Shown one piece after another: positions 38,908-48,255 of a stretch of 64,000 nt of DNA; position 1 is the stretch's first letter, and every line of letters begins with the position of its first letter. The notes under the pieces are model-generated. The model ran no database searches. It saw nothing but the letters and a program-made list of their open reading frames with translations, and was not told where the DNA came from. The position numbers and the translations under genes were made by a program. Source of the DNA: Clostridiaceae bacterium (GTDB lineage: Bacteria; Bacillota; Clostridia; Christensenellales; CAG-917); NCBI GenBank assembly GCA_031289315.1, contig JAITPR010000048.1:1085-65084 (forward strand). The letters are read 5' to 3'.

Positions 38908-39237
38908 ATGACGAAAGTAAGGTTTATTACGGAAAGCGGCAAAATAAAGGCGGTGTCCGCGGAAGGGCATACCGGTTTTGCCGACAGCGGAGAGGACATT
39001 GTGTGCGCCGCCCTGTCGTCTATAATACAGACTACGGTCTTAGGGCTTATGAAGGTCGCCAAAATTGACGTACGTTGTGAAATCGACGAGAAAGAAGGTA
39101 TATTATCCTTCTCACTGCCGCCGAAATTGACGGAACGTGAGGAACGCGACGCAGAGGTTCTTCTTCAGACCTTACTTTTGGGGGTGTCCGACCTCTACGA
39201 AGGATATTCGGACTATATCGAATTGGAGGTAATCTAA
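38908..39237 (+). CDS. prp: Ribosomal-processing cysteine protease Prp
   Basis: 109 aa lying between rplU and rpmA. The [19 protein letters not shown] motif carries the His/Cys dyad context of Prp/YsxB. Confidence 0.85.
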   Translation: MTKVRFITESGKIKAVSAEGHTGFADSGEDIVCAALSSIIQTTVLGLMKVAKIDVRCEIDEKEGILSFSLPPKLTEREERDAEVLLQTLLLGVSDLYEGYSDYIELEVI

Positions 39238-39238
39238 A

Positions 39239-39514
39239 ATGTTTATAAGAATTCAATTGTTTGCGCATAAGAAAGGCGTCGGCAGTTCACGTAACGGAAG
39301 AGAAAGCGCGGCACAGCGCTTGGGACCGAAGCGCACCGACGGTCAATTCGTACTTGCCGGCAATATTCTTGTCCGTCAAAGAGGCACTAAATTCTATCCC
39401 GGCAACAACGTCGGAATAGGCAAAGACGACACGCTGTTCGCGCTTGTCGATGGTGTTGTGCGCTTTGAGAGAAAGGGCAAGGACGATAAGCAGGTCAGCG
39501 TTTACGCGGAATAA
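39239..39514 (+). CDS. rpmA: 50S ribosomal protein L27 (with a Prp-cleaved N-terminal extension)
   Basis: 91 aa. MFIRIQLFA precedes [14 protein letters not shown], which is the Firmicutes pro-sequence pattern. Confidence 0.95.
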   Translation: MFIRIQLFAHKKGVGSSRNGRESAAQRLGPKRTDGQFVLAGNILVRQRGTKFYPGNNVGIGKDDTLFALVDGVVRFERKGKDDKQVSVYAE

Positions 39515-39718
39515 TCAATTATATGACGGGGGGCTTTCGGGTTCCCCGTTGTAACGCGTTTCGAAATCTTTGGTTTCGACGCGAAGATAGAGTGTAGACA
39601 ATTTGCGGCGATAAAATATTTTTTTGAGTAGCAAGTCGTCACTATGGCATTGTATACACCCTAAGATTATAATAGCACTTAAGGACGAACACCGCGGCAC
39701 GCGCGGAGGGTGTACGCT

Positions 39719-40543
39719 ATGGAAGTAAAATCCGAAAACGGAGTAATAACCGTGGAGTCGCCCGACACCTTCGACATCAAGCAGACGTTGGAGTGCGGTC
39801 AGGTGTTCAGATACCGGCTTACGGAGCGCGGAGCGGTGGTTTTTTCCGGCGATAAGCGTGCCGAAATGACGTTTGAAGGCGGCAAAATAAAAATTTTTGC
39901 GAAAGATGAAAAATATTTTCTGAAATATCTTGATTTTGCCACAAACTATGCTACAATAATAGAGAAAGTGCAAGATAAAGGTCTTGTTTCGGCGGCGGCG
40001 GCTTACGCTAGCGGCATACGGATTCTAAAGCAGGACCCGTATGAGACGGCAATAAGCTTCATCATATCCGCCAACAACCACATTCCGCGTATAAAGTCCA
40101 TCATAGAGAGGGTATGCGCGGCACTGGGTGAGGATATGGGCGGCTGGCACGCTTTCCCGGAGATAGGGGCGCTGGCGTCGAAGGACGCGGACTTCTACTT
40201 CGGACTGGGGGCGGGCTACCGCGCACCGTACATAGCCGAAACCGCAAGGCTTTTAACTAAGATTGATTTGGAAAAAGTGCGCAAGCTCACCACGGACGAA
40301 GCGTCGGAGGTTTTAAAAAAGCTCCCCGGCGTAGGTCCCAAAGTGGCGGATTGCATTCTTTTATTCGGGCTTGGGAAAACAGATGTTTTTCCCGTCGACA
40401 CATGGATAAAAAAGGTATACCGCGATATGTACGGGGAAGCGACTTCCGCCGTCATGCGGAGGGAGCTTATCAGCCGTTACGGCGAGCTTTCCGGTTACGT
40501 ACAGCAGTATCTTTTCTATTATAAACGAGAACAGAACTCATAA
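39719..40543 (+). CDS. ogg: 8-oxoguanine DNA glycosylase / HhH-GPD family N-glycosylase
   Basis: An OGG-like N-domain (TLECGQVFRY) is followed by the HhH-GPD motif LPGVGPKVADCILLFGLGKTDVFPVDTWI. The ATG at 39719 is preferred over the GTG at 39710. Confidence 0.8.
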   Translation: MEVKSENGVITVESPDTFDIKQTLECGQVFRYRLTERGAVVFSGDKRAEMTFEGGKIKIFAKDEKYFLKYLDFATNYATIIEKVQDKGLVSAAAAYASGIRILKQDPYETAISFIISANNHIPRIKSIIERVCAALGEDMGGWHAFPEIGALASKDADFYFGLGAGYRAPYIAETARLLTKIDLEKVRKLTTDEASEVLKKLPGVGPKVADCILLFGLGKTDVFPVDTWIKKVYRDMYGEATSAVMRRELISRYGELSGYVQQYLFYYKREQNS

Positions 40544-40560
40544 ACGGAGGAACAAAAATT

Positions 40561-41202
40561 ATGAGCGATAAAAAGAAGTATGTCGTTTTAGCCGACATTG
40601 AAAGCGTCCGCGTTTCGTATGCAACGTTTGACAAGGCACTGAAAGAACTCACACAGTTCGGAGAGGTTGCAGCGTGCAAGTTTTACGGCTACAGCGCAAA
40701 GAGAACCAAGGATTACGGCGAGTTCATTCAAGCGAACAACTATGACGCGCTTTCCGCTCTTCCCAAAAAGAGAAAGGGCAAACTCGACCTCCGTCAGGTT
40801 ATCGACGCGGTCAGACTGTCGGCATACCCCAATATCGACGGCTTCTTCATAATCTACGGCAGAGGCGACATTGCGCCGCTCATTGCCTATATCAAGGGAT
40901 TAGGAATGGACGTCGTAGCGGGTGTATTACAACCCGATAGAAACTCCGAGCTTTGCAACAAGGTTATCATGCTTGACCCCGAGGCTCCGTACGTCAGCTT
41001 AGCTGAAGGCGGATACAGACAGGTCGCGGCAATAGACCCCAAAGCAAGAGCGCCCAAAAAGCCCGCTGCGCCTAAAGCGCCCGTTGCTGCGGCACCCGTT
41101 GTTAATAACTTCTACACCACGAACGAAGTCGCTCCCGTTGCTCAAAGCTCCGGTGACGACGACCTTATCGCGCAGTTGCAGAAGATATTGGCCGGCGGCT
41201 GA
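40561..41202 (+). CDS. NYN/LabA-like domain protein with an Ala/Pro-rich tail (tentative)
   Basis: 213 aa with a GGAGGA RBS. The pattern VVLADIES...YGYS...KGKLDLRQVIDAV...DGFFIIYGRGDIAPLI resembles LabA-like NYN domains. The C-terminus reads PKKPAAPKAPVAAAPV. Confidence 0.45.
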   Translation: MSDKKKYVVLADIESVRVSYATFDKALKELTQFGEVAACKFYGYSAKRTKDYGEFIQANNYDALSALPKKRKGKLDLRQVIDAVRLSAYPNIDGFFIIYGRGDIAPLIAYIKGLGMDVVAGVLQPDRNSELCNKVIMLDPEAPYVSLAEGGYRQVAAIDPKARAPKKPAAPKAPVAAAPVVNNFYTTNEVAPVAQSSGDDDLIAQLQKILAGG

Positions 41203-41720
41203 GAAACGAAAAAATTACGTCCGCATACGTATAACGGCATCGTATTGTTGAGTAGCCCGTCCGCTTAAGTCTCTTTGGTTTTTTGCGGATACGCCTTAAC
41301 TGCGGCTTAATTTTCTTATGCGCGGCTTAAAATTTCGTAAAGCGGCTTAAATTTTTGCGGAATACCCGAACCGGCGGTGAATAGCCGTCGGTTCGGAGAT
41401 TTTGTTTTGCGGTCTTACAAAGCCCGCAAGGCGTGTTTCGGCGTGTAAGCGTTACATATGAATGTATCGTCGGCGCGCTTTAAACACGCATGATCTTTTT
41501 CCGCGTTGCGTCGTATTCTTACCGTTATTTTCGCCTAAGCTAGCGGAAGTATTTTTCAGTATGTTCAACGCAAAACCGCTCAAGCCGGCTTTTGCGGTCT
41601 TGGACCCATTTCGGTTGCCGATTACGGTAGCCCGTTTTGAGCGTTCCTTGCCACCGCTTTGCCGGTTTTTTCACGCCGAAACGCCGGCGACGGTAAAAAA
41701 TGCGTTTCAAGGGTAAAACT

Positions 41721-41921
41721 ATGGTGGAATTCAACAAACAGCTTTGCAAGGGTTGTTCGCTTTGCACGGAGAGCTGTCCGAAGAAAATATTGCAAATCTC
41801 AAAGACGGAAATCAATGACAAGGGCTACTATGTCGCCGAATGCGTCAATCAACAAGCATGCATCTCGTGTGCGTTTTGCGCGATTATTTGTCCTGACTCC
41901 GTCGTCACGGTGATAAAATAA
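41721..41921 (+). CDS. 4Fe-4S ferredoxin-type delta subunit of 2-oxoacid:ferredoxin oxidoreductase
   Basis: 66 aa with two CxxCxxCxxxCP clusters (CKGCSLCTESCP and CISCAFCAIICP). It precedes the alpha, beta and gamma subunits. Confidence 0.75.
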   Translation: MVEFNKQLCKGCSLCTESCPKKILQISKTEINDKGYYVAECVNQQACISCAFCAIICPDSVVTVIK

Positions 41922-41993
41922 GAGAGTGGACAGTTTTCGGCGGTAAAATATTTTCTTGTACGGCAAGTTCGTCGCCATGGATTGTCTACACCT
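41922..41993 (+). repeat. Family A element, copy 11 (inside the kor operon)
   Basis: GAGAGTGGACAGTTTTCGGCGGTAAAATATTTTCTTGTACGGCAAGTTCGTCGCCATGGATTGTCTACACCT. A perfect 8-bp TAAAATAA lies on both sides (41914-41921 and 41994-42001). Confidence 0.85.
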
Positions 41994-42217
41994 TAAAATA
42001 ACCGGACTTACGCAAAAGCCGCACCGTCCTTTTATCGTTATACCGTTGGGAGTTTTCTAAAAACCTTTTGCCGGGCAGTGTACATGAACAAATCCGCGTT
42101 ACGCCGCCAACCGTCGGGAGTTTTCTAAAAACCTTTTAGGGGTGAGGTATTAAGTCCGTACGGTCTACCGTAAAAATTCAGTTTTTGAGCGCAAAAGCCG
42201 CTTAAAAGAGGTCAACA

Positions 42218-43279
42218 ATGTCGGAAAAAAAATTAATGAAAGGAAACGAAGCGATAGCTGAAGCCGCCGTCAGAGGCGGTTGCAGATACTATTTTGGTTA
42301 TCCCATCACTCCGCAGAACGAAATTCCGGAGTATATGTCGTGGCGGCTCCCTGAGGTCGGCGGCGTATTTATTCAAGCCGAAAGTGAAATATCGGCGATT
42401 AATATGGTTTACGGCGCCGCCGGTGCGGGTGGACGCTCCATGACAAGCTCCTCAAGCCCCGGCGTCAGCTTAAAGCAAGAGGGCATTTCGTACATATGCG
42501 GCGCGGAATTGCCTTGCGTCATAATAAATATGGTGCGCGGCGGTCCCGGTTTAGGCGGCATTCAGCCCGCGCAGAGCGACTATTTTCAAGCGGTAAAGGG
42601 CGGCGGTCACGGCGACTATAAAATGCTTGTATACGGTCCCGCAACCGTTCAAGAGGCTGTCGACATCGTATACGGCGCGTTTGATAAGGCGGAGCAATAC
42701 CGCTTACCGGTCATGATTTTGGGCGACGGTATGTTGGGTCAGATTATGGAAGCCGTTACCCTCCCCGAAATGAGAAAGCCGGGCGATATAAAGGTTCCCG
42801 AATGGGCGACCGTCGGCACTCACACCGGCGCGGACAGAAAAATAATTAATTCGCTTTACATAGAGCCGGATGTGCTTGAAGCGCTAAACCGTACCCTATA
42901 CGCGCGCTACGCCGCCATGTCGGAAGCCGAAACCATGGTTGAGGAATACCGCGTGTCCGATGCCGAGGTGATAATCACCGCTTACGGCACCGTAGCTAGA
43001 ATTGCCAAAAGTACCGTGGATATTCTCCGCGCCGCCGGCGTAAAGGCGGGGCTTATACGCCCGATAACGCTTTATCCGTTCCCGAGCGCGACCTACCGCG
43101 CCGCGGCTAAAAAACGCTCCGTTAAGGAGTTTATCACCGTCGAGCTTTCCATGGGACAGATGGTAGAGGACGTCCGCCTTGCGGTCAACGGCAAAAAACC
43201 GGTTAAGTTCTACGGACGCTCCGGCGGCAACGTGATGACTCCCGAGGATATAGCCCGCTTTGTGACGGAGGGAAAGTAA
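42218..43279 (+). CDS. 2-oxoacid:ferredoxin oxidoreductase alpha subunit
   Basis: 353 aa. MKGNEAIAEAAVRGGCRYYFGYPITPQNEI is the typical Kor/Vor/Por alpha start. Substrate specificity cannot be determined. Confidence 0.9.
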   Translation: MSEKKLMKGNEAIAEAAVRGGCRYYFGYPITPQNEIPEYMSWRLPEVGGVFIQAESEISAINMVYGAAGAGGRSMTSSSSPGVSLKQEGISYICGAELPCVIINMVRGGPGLGGIQPAQSDYFQAVKGGGHGDYKMLVYGPATVQEAVDIVYGAFDKAEQYRLPVMILGDGMLGQIMEAVTLPEMRKPGDIKVPEWATVGTHTGADRKIINSLYIEPDVLEALNRTLYARYAAMSEAETMVEEYRVSDAEVIITAYGTVARIAKSTVDILRAAGVKAGLIRPITLYPFPSATYRAAAKKRSVKEFITVELSMGQMVEDVRLAVNGKKPVKFYGRSGGNVMTPEDIARFVTEGK

Positions 43280-43280
43280 T

Positions 43281-44018
43281 ATGTCAGTCGTTTATAAAAA
43301 ATCAAAGCTTTTAACCGATACGCCGTTTCATTATTGTCCGGGGTGCGCGCACGGCATTGCCCACAAGCTTGTCGCAGAAACGCTGGAAGAACTGGGTCAA
43401 GAGGGCAACGTAATAGGTATAGCGCCCGTAGGTTGCGCGGTCTTCGCATACAACTACTTCAATTGCGATATGCAACAAGCCGCTCACGGGCGCGCTCCCG
43501 CAGTCGCTACCGGCGTAAAGAGCGTTTATCCGGATAAAACCGTGTTCGCCTATCAAGGCGACGGCGACCTTGCCAGCATAGGTATGGCGGAAATCGTACA
43601 CGCGGCGGCACGCGGTACCAATATAACGGTTGTCTTCATAAATAACGCCATTTACGGTATGACGGGCGGACAAATGGCGCCCACTACCCTTGAAGGTCAA
43701 AAGTCGACGACCTGCGTTTACGGCAGAAAACCGGAGATCAACGGCAGTCCGATTAAAGTAGCGGAGCTTCTTGCTACCCTTGATGGACCGTCCTATATAG
43801 CGCGCTGCGCCCTCGATACCGTGAAAAATATCCGCGCGGCAAAGGCGGCGGTTAAGAAAGCCTTCCAAAATCAGCTGGACGGAAAGGGCTTTTCATTGGT
43901 GGAGCTTTTGTCCTCTTGCCCCACGAACTGGCACATGTCCCCATTGGAGGCAATGAAGTTTGTCGGCGGCGAAATGACTAAAATTTATCCGTTAGGCGTG
44001 TTCAAGAATATTGATTAA
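43281..44018 (+). CDS. 2-oxoacid:ferredoxin oxidoreductase beta (TPP-binding) subunit
   Basis: 245 aa with the CPGCAHG Cys motif and the TPP-binding GDGD...NN pattern (YQGDGDLASIG...FINNAIYGMTGGQ). Confidence 0.9.
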   Translation: MSVVYKKSKLLTDTPFHYCPGCAHGIAHKLVAETLEELGQEGNVIGIAPVGCAVFAYNYFNCDMQQAAHGRAPAVATGVKSVYPDKTVFAYQGDGDLASIGMAEIVHAAARGTNITVVFINNAIYGMTGGQMAPTTLEGQKSTTCVYGRKPEINGSPIKVAELLATLDGPSYIARCALDTVKNIRAAKAAVKKAFQNQLDGKGFSLVELLSSCPTNWHMSPLEAMKFVGGEMTKIYPLGVFKNID

Positions 44019-44269
44019 ACCTCATGTGCCGCCGCGAAAAGGCATCCGCTTTTAAGTCGGGTGCGTTTTATGTGACCTTTTAGGTATCCGAAAAACTGTT
44101 ATGCCGCACATCTAAAGCGGCTCCGCGCCCGTAGTTCGTACGACGCGGCAACATAAAAGAACCGCAAAAACATTGAATTACGTGGGCGGCTTGCACCCGT
44201 AAACGTGCCGTTTTGCGAATAGGCGGAAATTATCCCCTCGTAAGCGTTGTTTCTCAAGGAGAATGTCGT

Positions 44270-44794
44270 ATGGAAAAAATAATAATTGCCGGTTTCGGCG
44301 GTCAAGGCGTGTTGAGCTTAGGGCAGTTGATTGCCTACGCCGCTATGTATGAGGGCAAAGAGGTCACTTGGTTGCCGTCATACGGTCCCGAAATGCGCGG
44401 CGGCACCGCCAATTGCAGCGTCGTCGTCGATGATAAACCCGTCGCGTCACCCGTTATTGCCGTTCCCGATTGCCTCATCGCCATGAACAAGCCTAGCCTA
44501 CACAAGTTTGAGAACAATGTGCGCCCCGGCGGTACCGTAATCGTCAACAGCTCCCTCATCGAAGATAAGGTCGCGCGTTCGGACGTGAATGTACGCTATA
44601 TCGACGCTAACGCAATTGCGCACTCCGTCGGCAACGATAAAGCCGCCAGTATCGTGATTCTCGGCGCCTACATAAAAGCAAGCGGGCTTTTCCCCGAAGC
44701 CGTTATGCTGGCTACTATAGAAAAAGTGTTTGCCGCGAAACCTAAGTTTATCCCATCCAATAAGGATGCCTTCCTCGCCGGGTTCTCCGCGTAA
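44270..44794 (+). CDS. 2-oxoacid:ferredoxin oxidoreductase gamma subunit
   Basis: The ATG at 44270 follows AAGGAG. IIIAGFGGQGVLSLGQ and PSYGPEMRGGTANC are gamma subunit signatures. Confidence 0.88.
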   Translation: MEKIIIAGFGGQGVLSLGQLIAYAAMYEGKEVTWLPSYGPEMRGGTANCSVVVDDKPVASPVIAVPDCLIAMNKPSLHKFENNVRPGGTVIVNSSLIEDKVARSDVNVRYIDANAIAHSVGNDKAASIVILGAYIKASGLFPEAVMLATIEKVFAAKPKFIPSNKDAFLAGFSA

Positions 44795-44825
44795 GGCTCG
44801 TTCTTTTGCTATGCGGCAAAAGAAC

Positions 44826-44893
44826 GAGCTAGTTCTTTCTTGCACGCGCAAGAAAGAACCCAAGAAGCGCGCAAGCTTGAAGCTTGACACTGA
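44826..44893. repeat. Left copy of a ~65-bp inverted repeat
   Basis: GTTCTTTCTTGCACGCGCAAGAAAGAAC...CGCAAGCTTGAAGCTTGACACTGATTAC. Its reverse complement occurs at 45350-45415. Confidence 0.85.
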
Positions 44894-44900
44894 TTACTTG

Positions 44901-44949
44901 AAAAACGCGGTTGACGCAGGATTATATCCTTAGCGTCAACCGCGTTTTT
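44901..44949 (+). terminator. Family B terminator after the kor gamma subunit
   Basis: AAAAACGCGGTTGACGC-loop-GCGTCAACCGCGTTTTT, preceded by GATTACTTG. Confidence 0.75.
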
Positions 44950-45077
44950 AAATTTATTCAGTGTTAATCCCCTCACTTATCGTGGTTTATTTTCTTTATA
45001 TCCCATTGCCACAATACGCGTTTTTAATTTATTCAGTGTTAACCCTCTCACTTATCGTGGTTTATTTTCTTTATATC
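44941..45077 (+). repeat. Two direct copies of a ~62-bp unit
   Basis: CGCGTTTTTAA(A)TTTATTCAGTGTTAA(T/C)CC(C/T)CTCACTTATCGTGGTTTATTTTCTTTATATC at 44941-45002 and 45017-45077. Confidence 0.85.
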
Positions 45078-45285
45078 TTCTCAATGGGAGCGTGAAATTG
45101 CATTGTCACCTTGAGTGAAGCACGCGGTGCGAAATCGAACCGAGCCGCTAAATTGCGAATGCAATTTACGCACTTATTGGAGCATTGGCGGAGATAAGTG
45201 CAGAGAGGCGAGGAAAAGGTCCCCGGAATGGGTGCATAAACTCTTACGCTACTTTTCCATGCAACGCGTATAAATCGGGGGCTTT
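45078..45285. repeat. Family C related copy
   Basis: It shares ATGGGAGCG, TTGTCACCTTGAG, AAAGGTCCCC..ATGGG.GC and CCATGCAACGCG(T/C)ATAAA with 61270-61410. Confidence 0.6.
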
Positions 45286-45300
45286 GAAGCGGATAACTTT

Positions 45301-45346
45301 AAAAGCGCGGAATACAAGTAAAATTTTTACTGTATTCCGCGCTTTT
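45301..45346 (-). terminator. Family B terminator after the acyl-CoA synthetase
   Basis: AAAAGCGCGGAATACA-loop-TGTATTCCGCGCTTTT. On the minus strand it is preceded by GATTACCT. Confidence 0.7.
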
Positions 45347-45349
45347 AGG

Positions 45350-45415
45350 TAATCAGTGTCAAGCTTCAAGCTTGCGTTTTCTTTGGTTCTTTCTTGCACG
45401 CGCAAGAAAGAACAA
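45350..45415. repeat. Right copy of the ~65-bp inverted repeat
   Basis: GTAATCAGTGTCAAGCTTCAAGCTTGCG...GTTCTTTCTTGCACGCGCAAGAAAGAAC. Confidence 0.85.
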
Positions 45416-45430
45416 TGGCGAACAAGAGCT

Positions 45431-47080
45431 TTACTTCGATTCCTTACGGATGTCGACGCGTTTAATTTTGCCGCTAACGGTTTTGGGGAGGGTATCGCAG
45501 AACTCGATTATGCGGGGGTATTTATAGGGGGCGGTATTTTTTTTGACGTGTTCTTGCAGTTCTTTTTTGAGGGCATCGGATGGGGTGTAACCTTTTGCAA
45601 GGACGATAGAGGCTTTAACGACTTGACCGCGAACGGGGTCGGGGGCGCCGGTTATGGCGCATTCTAAGACGGCGGGGTGTTCGACGAGAACGCTTTCCAC
45701 TTCGAAGGGACCGATGCGGTAGCCGGAGGATTTAATTATATCGTCCTTGCGCCCTACGAACCAATAGACGCCGTTTTTATCGCGAAGTGCAAGGTCGCCG
45801 GTGTGGTAATATTTGCCGCCGCGCGCGTCGAAGGTGCGGTCGGGTTCGTTTTTGTAGCCGCATACCAAGCCGCACAGGTCGGACTTATTTAGAATGACGA
45901 TTTCGCCTTCGGTGCCGTCTTGTACGACCTCGTCGTCGTCGTTCACAAGGGCGACGTCGTAGAACGCGGAGGGCTTGCCTAAGGAACCGGAAATAGGCTC
46001 GTCGTAGATGTAGTTGCCCAATATGACGGCGGTTTCCGTTTGCCCGAAGCCCTCGTATATTTTAAGCCCGGTGGCGTCCTTGAACTGTTTAAAGATTTCG
46101 GCGTTGAGGGCTTCGCCGGCGGTGGTGCAGTGGGAGAGAGAGGAAAAATTAAATTTTGAGAGATCCTCTTTGACGAGGAAGCGATATATAGTAGGCGGCG
46201 CACAGAACGTGGTTATGCGGTACTTTTCGATTAGGGGGAGTACATCTGTAGGGGTAAAGCGTCCGTGGTAATCGTAGGCGAAGACGGCGCTGCCGGCAAT
46301 CCACTGCCCGAAAATTTTGCCCCAACTACTTTTCGCCCAACCGGTTTCCGCCATAGTGAAGTGTAGCCCGTCATCGACTACGCACTGCCAAAAATATGCG
46401 TTTGATATAAAGCATAGGGGGTAGGTGTTGTTGTGCATTACCATTTTAGGCATTCCGGTGGTGCCGGAGGTGAAGTACATCAAGACGATGTCGTCGTTTT
46501 CGGGGCGGGGAAGCTTCGGCGGAAGCTTTTGGGAGAACTTGTTAAGCTCGTCGGTTATGACGGGAAAACCGGGAACGGGTTTAGTGTACAGAACGCCTTT
46601 CACGGTGCCGCATTTAGGCAGGGCTTCGGAGATGTGTTCGATAACGTCGGTTTCGGCGGTGGCGAACAGTAGCTTGACGTCGCCGTTATGACAGCGGTAT
46701 TCCACGTCCTTAGCGGTGAGCAGGTGGGTTGCGGGGACGATTACGGCACCCATTTTAAAGCAGGCTACCGTCAAAATCCAGTATTCATAGCGGCGGTTGA
46801 GCATAGACATAACGTAGTCGCCCTTTTTAACGCCGTAGGAAATAAGCAGATTTACCATGCGGTTCGAGAGCTTGGATAGCTCACCGAATGTAATAACCCT
46901 CTCGTCGCCCTTATCGTCGCACCAAACAAGGGCGCGTTTATCGGGTGTGAGGCGTGCGTATTCGTCAACGATGTCGAAGCCGAAATTAAACTTTTCTGGG
47001 ATTAAAAGCTTTAAATTAGCTTTGTAATCCGCGTAATCGGCAAAGTCAAGCCTATTTAAATATTTGGGAAGCAAATTCAT
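45431..47080 (-). CDS. AMP-forming acyl-CoA synthetase (medium-chain type)
   Basis: 549 aa from the ATG at 47080 (GGAG RBS). The AMP-binding signature YFTSGTTGMPK, YHTGDLA and the C-terminal SGKIKR are present. Confidence 0.88.
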   Translation of the reverse strand: MNLLPKYLNRLDFADYADYKANLKLLIPEKFNFGFDIVDEYARLTPDKRALVWCDDKGDERVITFGELSKLSNRMVNLLISYGVKKGDYVMSMLNRRYEYWILTVACFKMGAVIVPATHLLTAKDVEYRCHNGDVKLLFATAETDVIEHISEALPKCGTVKGVLYTKPVPGFPVITDELNKFSQKLPPKLPRPENDDIVLMYFTSGTTGMPKMVMHNNTYPLCFISNAYFWQCVVDDGLHFTMAETGWAKSSWGKIFGQWIAGSAVFAYDYHGRFTPTDVLPLIEKYRITTFCAPPTIYRFLVKEDLSKFNFSSLSHCTTAGEALNAEIFKQFKDATGLKIYEGFGQTETAVILGNYIYDEPISGSLGKPSAFYDVALVNDDDEVVQDGTEGEIVILNKSDLCGLVCGYKNEPDRTFDARGGKYYHTGDLALRDKNGVYWFVGRKDDIIKSSGYRIGPFEVESVLVEHPAVLECAITGAPDPVRGQVVKASIVLAKGYTPSDALKKELQEHVKKNTAPYKYPRIIEFCDTLPKTVSGKIKRVDIRKESK

Positions 47081-47295
47081 TCCGCAATCTCCGTATGCAC
47101 GGTTTTTAGCCGCGCGTTTTACAAGATAGAAATCTTTTAACAATTCTAACATAATCCGCGTGAATTGGGTATCAATTGAGCACAACTTTTTTACTTGATT
47201 TAAAAGTATATAAATGCTACAATAAAAGCATATAAAATCAGCTTTAAATATTTGCCGGCGGCGACTTTCGCAATCGGTGACGGAGATTAAGGATT

Positions 47296-47739
47296 ATGTT
47301 GAACAAACGCTCGCAAGAGGTACTCAATTATATAAGGAGCGTTTCCCGTGACGGGAAGTACAAGGTTATCGACGCGGACGACATCATAGGCGCGCTTTCG
47401 GATGCGCTTACGCCCGCGGAGCTTTCGCAAACGGTTAAGGACTTGCAGGAGCGCGACTACGTGATAGTTAAGTACGCGACGCTTGCCGACTATTGCGTGG
47501 CTCCCAGCAACAAGGCTATTATCGAGGAGGAAAAGCAGATTGCCGCCGCTAAGAAGGTTTTAGAGGAAACGGCGGCGGTGTCTATTAAGCCGTTGTCCGA
47601 GGCGCTTACTCCCGATACGGTTACGTCGCCCGCTCCGCTTGACCTCAAAAAAACCGTGGTATACGCGGCGTTTTTCGGCGGTGTCATAGGAAGTGCGTTG
47701 ACGGGAATAATACATATAATCATAGCGTTATTCACTTAA
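47296..47739 (+). CDS. Hypothetical protein: winged-helix-like N-domain plus a C-terminal TM anchor
   Basis: 147 aa with a GGAG RBS. A soluble N-terminal ~70 aa is followed by a linker and a hydrophobic tail (VVYAAFFGGVIGSALTGIIHIIIALF). Confidence 0.5.
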   Translation: MLNKRSQEVLNYIRSVSRDGKYKVIDADDIIGALSDALTPAELSQTVKDLQERDYVIVKYATLADYCVAPSNKAIIEEEKQIAAAKKVLEETAAVSIKPLSEALTPDTVTSPAPLDLKKTVVYAAFFGGVIGSALTGIIHIIIALFT

Positions 47740-47758
47740 CGCGGGGGAGGTATAAGCA

Positions 47759-48154
47759 ATGGCTCTTGATAAAAAAAGCCCGCTGTCTAAAAAAGAAAAA
47801 GCATTGATGAAGGTGGTGTACCGTGAGGCTATGATGAATAACGGCGCGTGCCTGCTTTCGCCAATAGATATATTCGAGCGTTTGCCGCTTGACCTTGAGT
47901 TTAGGGCGACGGAGCTTGAACCGACGTTGAAGGTACTGGAATTGGACGATTATTTTGACGTCACCACGACGGACAAGAAGGGCGAACCGATTTACTGTGT
48001 CAATCTGCACCAAAAGGGGCTTGCTTTCGTACGTGAGGAGGAGGGCTTTAGACGCAGTTTAAGGTTTAAAATTTTTCTCACCATTCTTTTGGCAATCCTA
48101 ACCGCCACGGTCAGCGTAATAGTCCGCTACATTTGGACGAGCATTTCAATTTAG
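47759..48154 (+). CDS. Hypothetical protein with the same architecture (soluble N-domain plus C-terminal TM anchor)
   Basis: 131 aa with a GGGGGAGG RBS. The C-terminal TM is FLTILLAILTATVSVIVRYIW. Adjacent to the previous ORF. Confidence 0.5.
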   Translation: MALDKKSPLSKKEKALMKVVYREAMMNNGACLLSPIDIFERLPLDLEFRATELEPTLKVLELDDYFDVTTTDKKGEPIYCVNLHQKGLAFVREEEGFRRSLRFKIFLTILLAILTATVSVIVRYIWTSISI

Positions 48155-48223
48155 GGGGCGCGCAATTCGCGGTGACAAAGATGTTCTTGGCAGGCAAGCC
48201 ATCGCCACGGATTATCCGCACCC
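48155..48223 (+). repeat. Family A element, copy 12
   Basis: GGGGCGCGCAATTCGCGGTGACAAAGATGTTCTTGGCAGGCAAGCCATCGCCACGGATTATCCGCACCC. AATTTAG flanks both sides (48148-48154 and 48224-48230). Confidence 0.85.
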
Positions 48224-48255
48224 AATTTAGAATGCACGTCGGTGTTATTTATTAA

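Noticed and set aside
44826-45415. The 65-bp inverted repeats flanking 455 bp, considered as an invertible promoter or phase-variation switch.
   Set aside because: No recombinase or invertase gene is nearby, and I found no convincing outward-facing promoter inside. The inverted repeat is fully explained by each convergent gene carrying the same 3' terminator module. It is kept only as a lower-interest structural observation.
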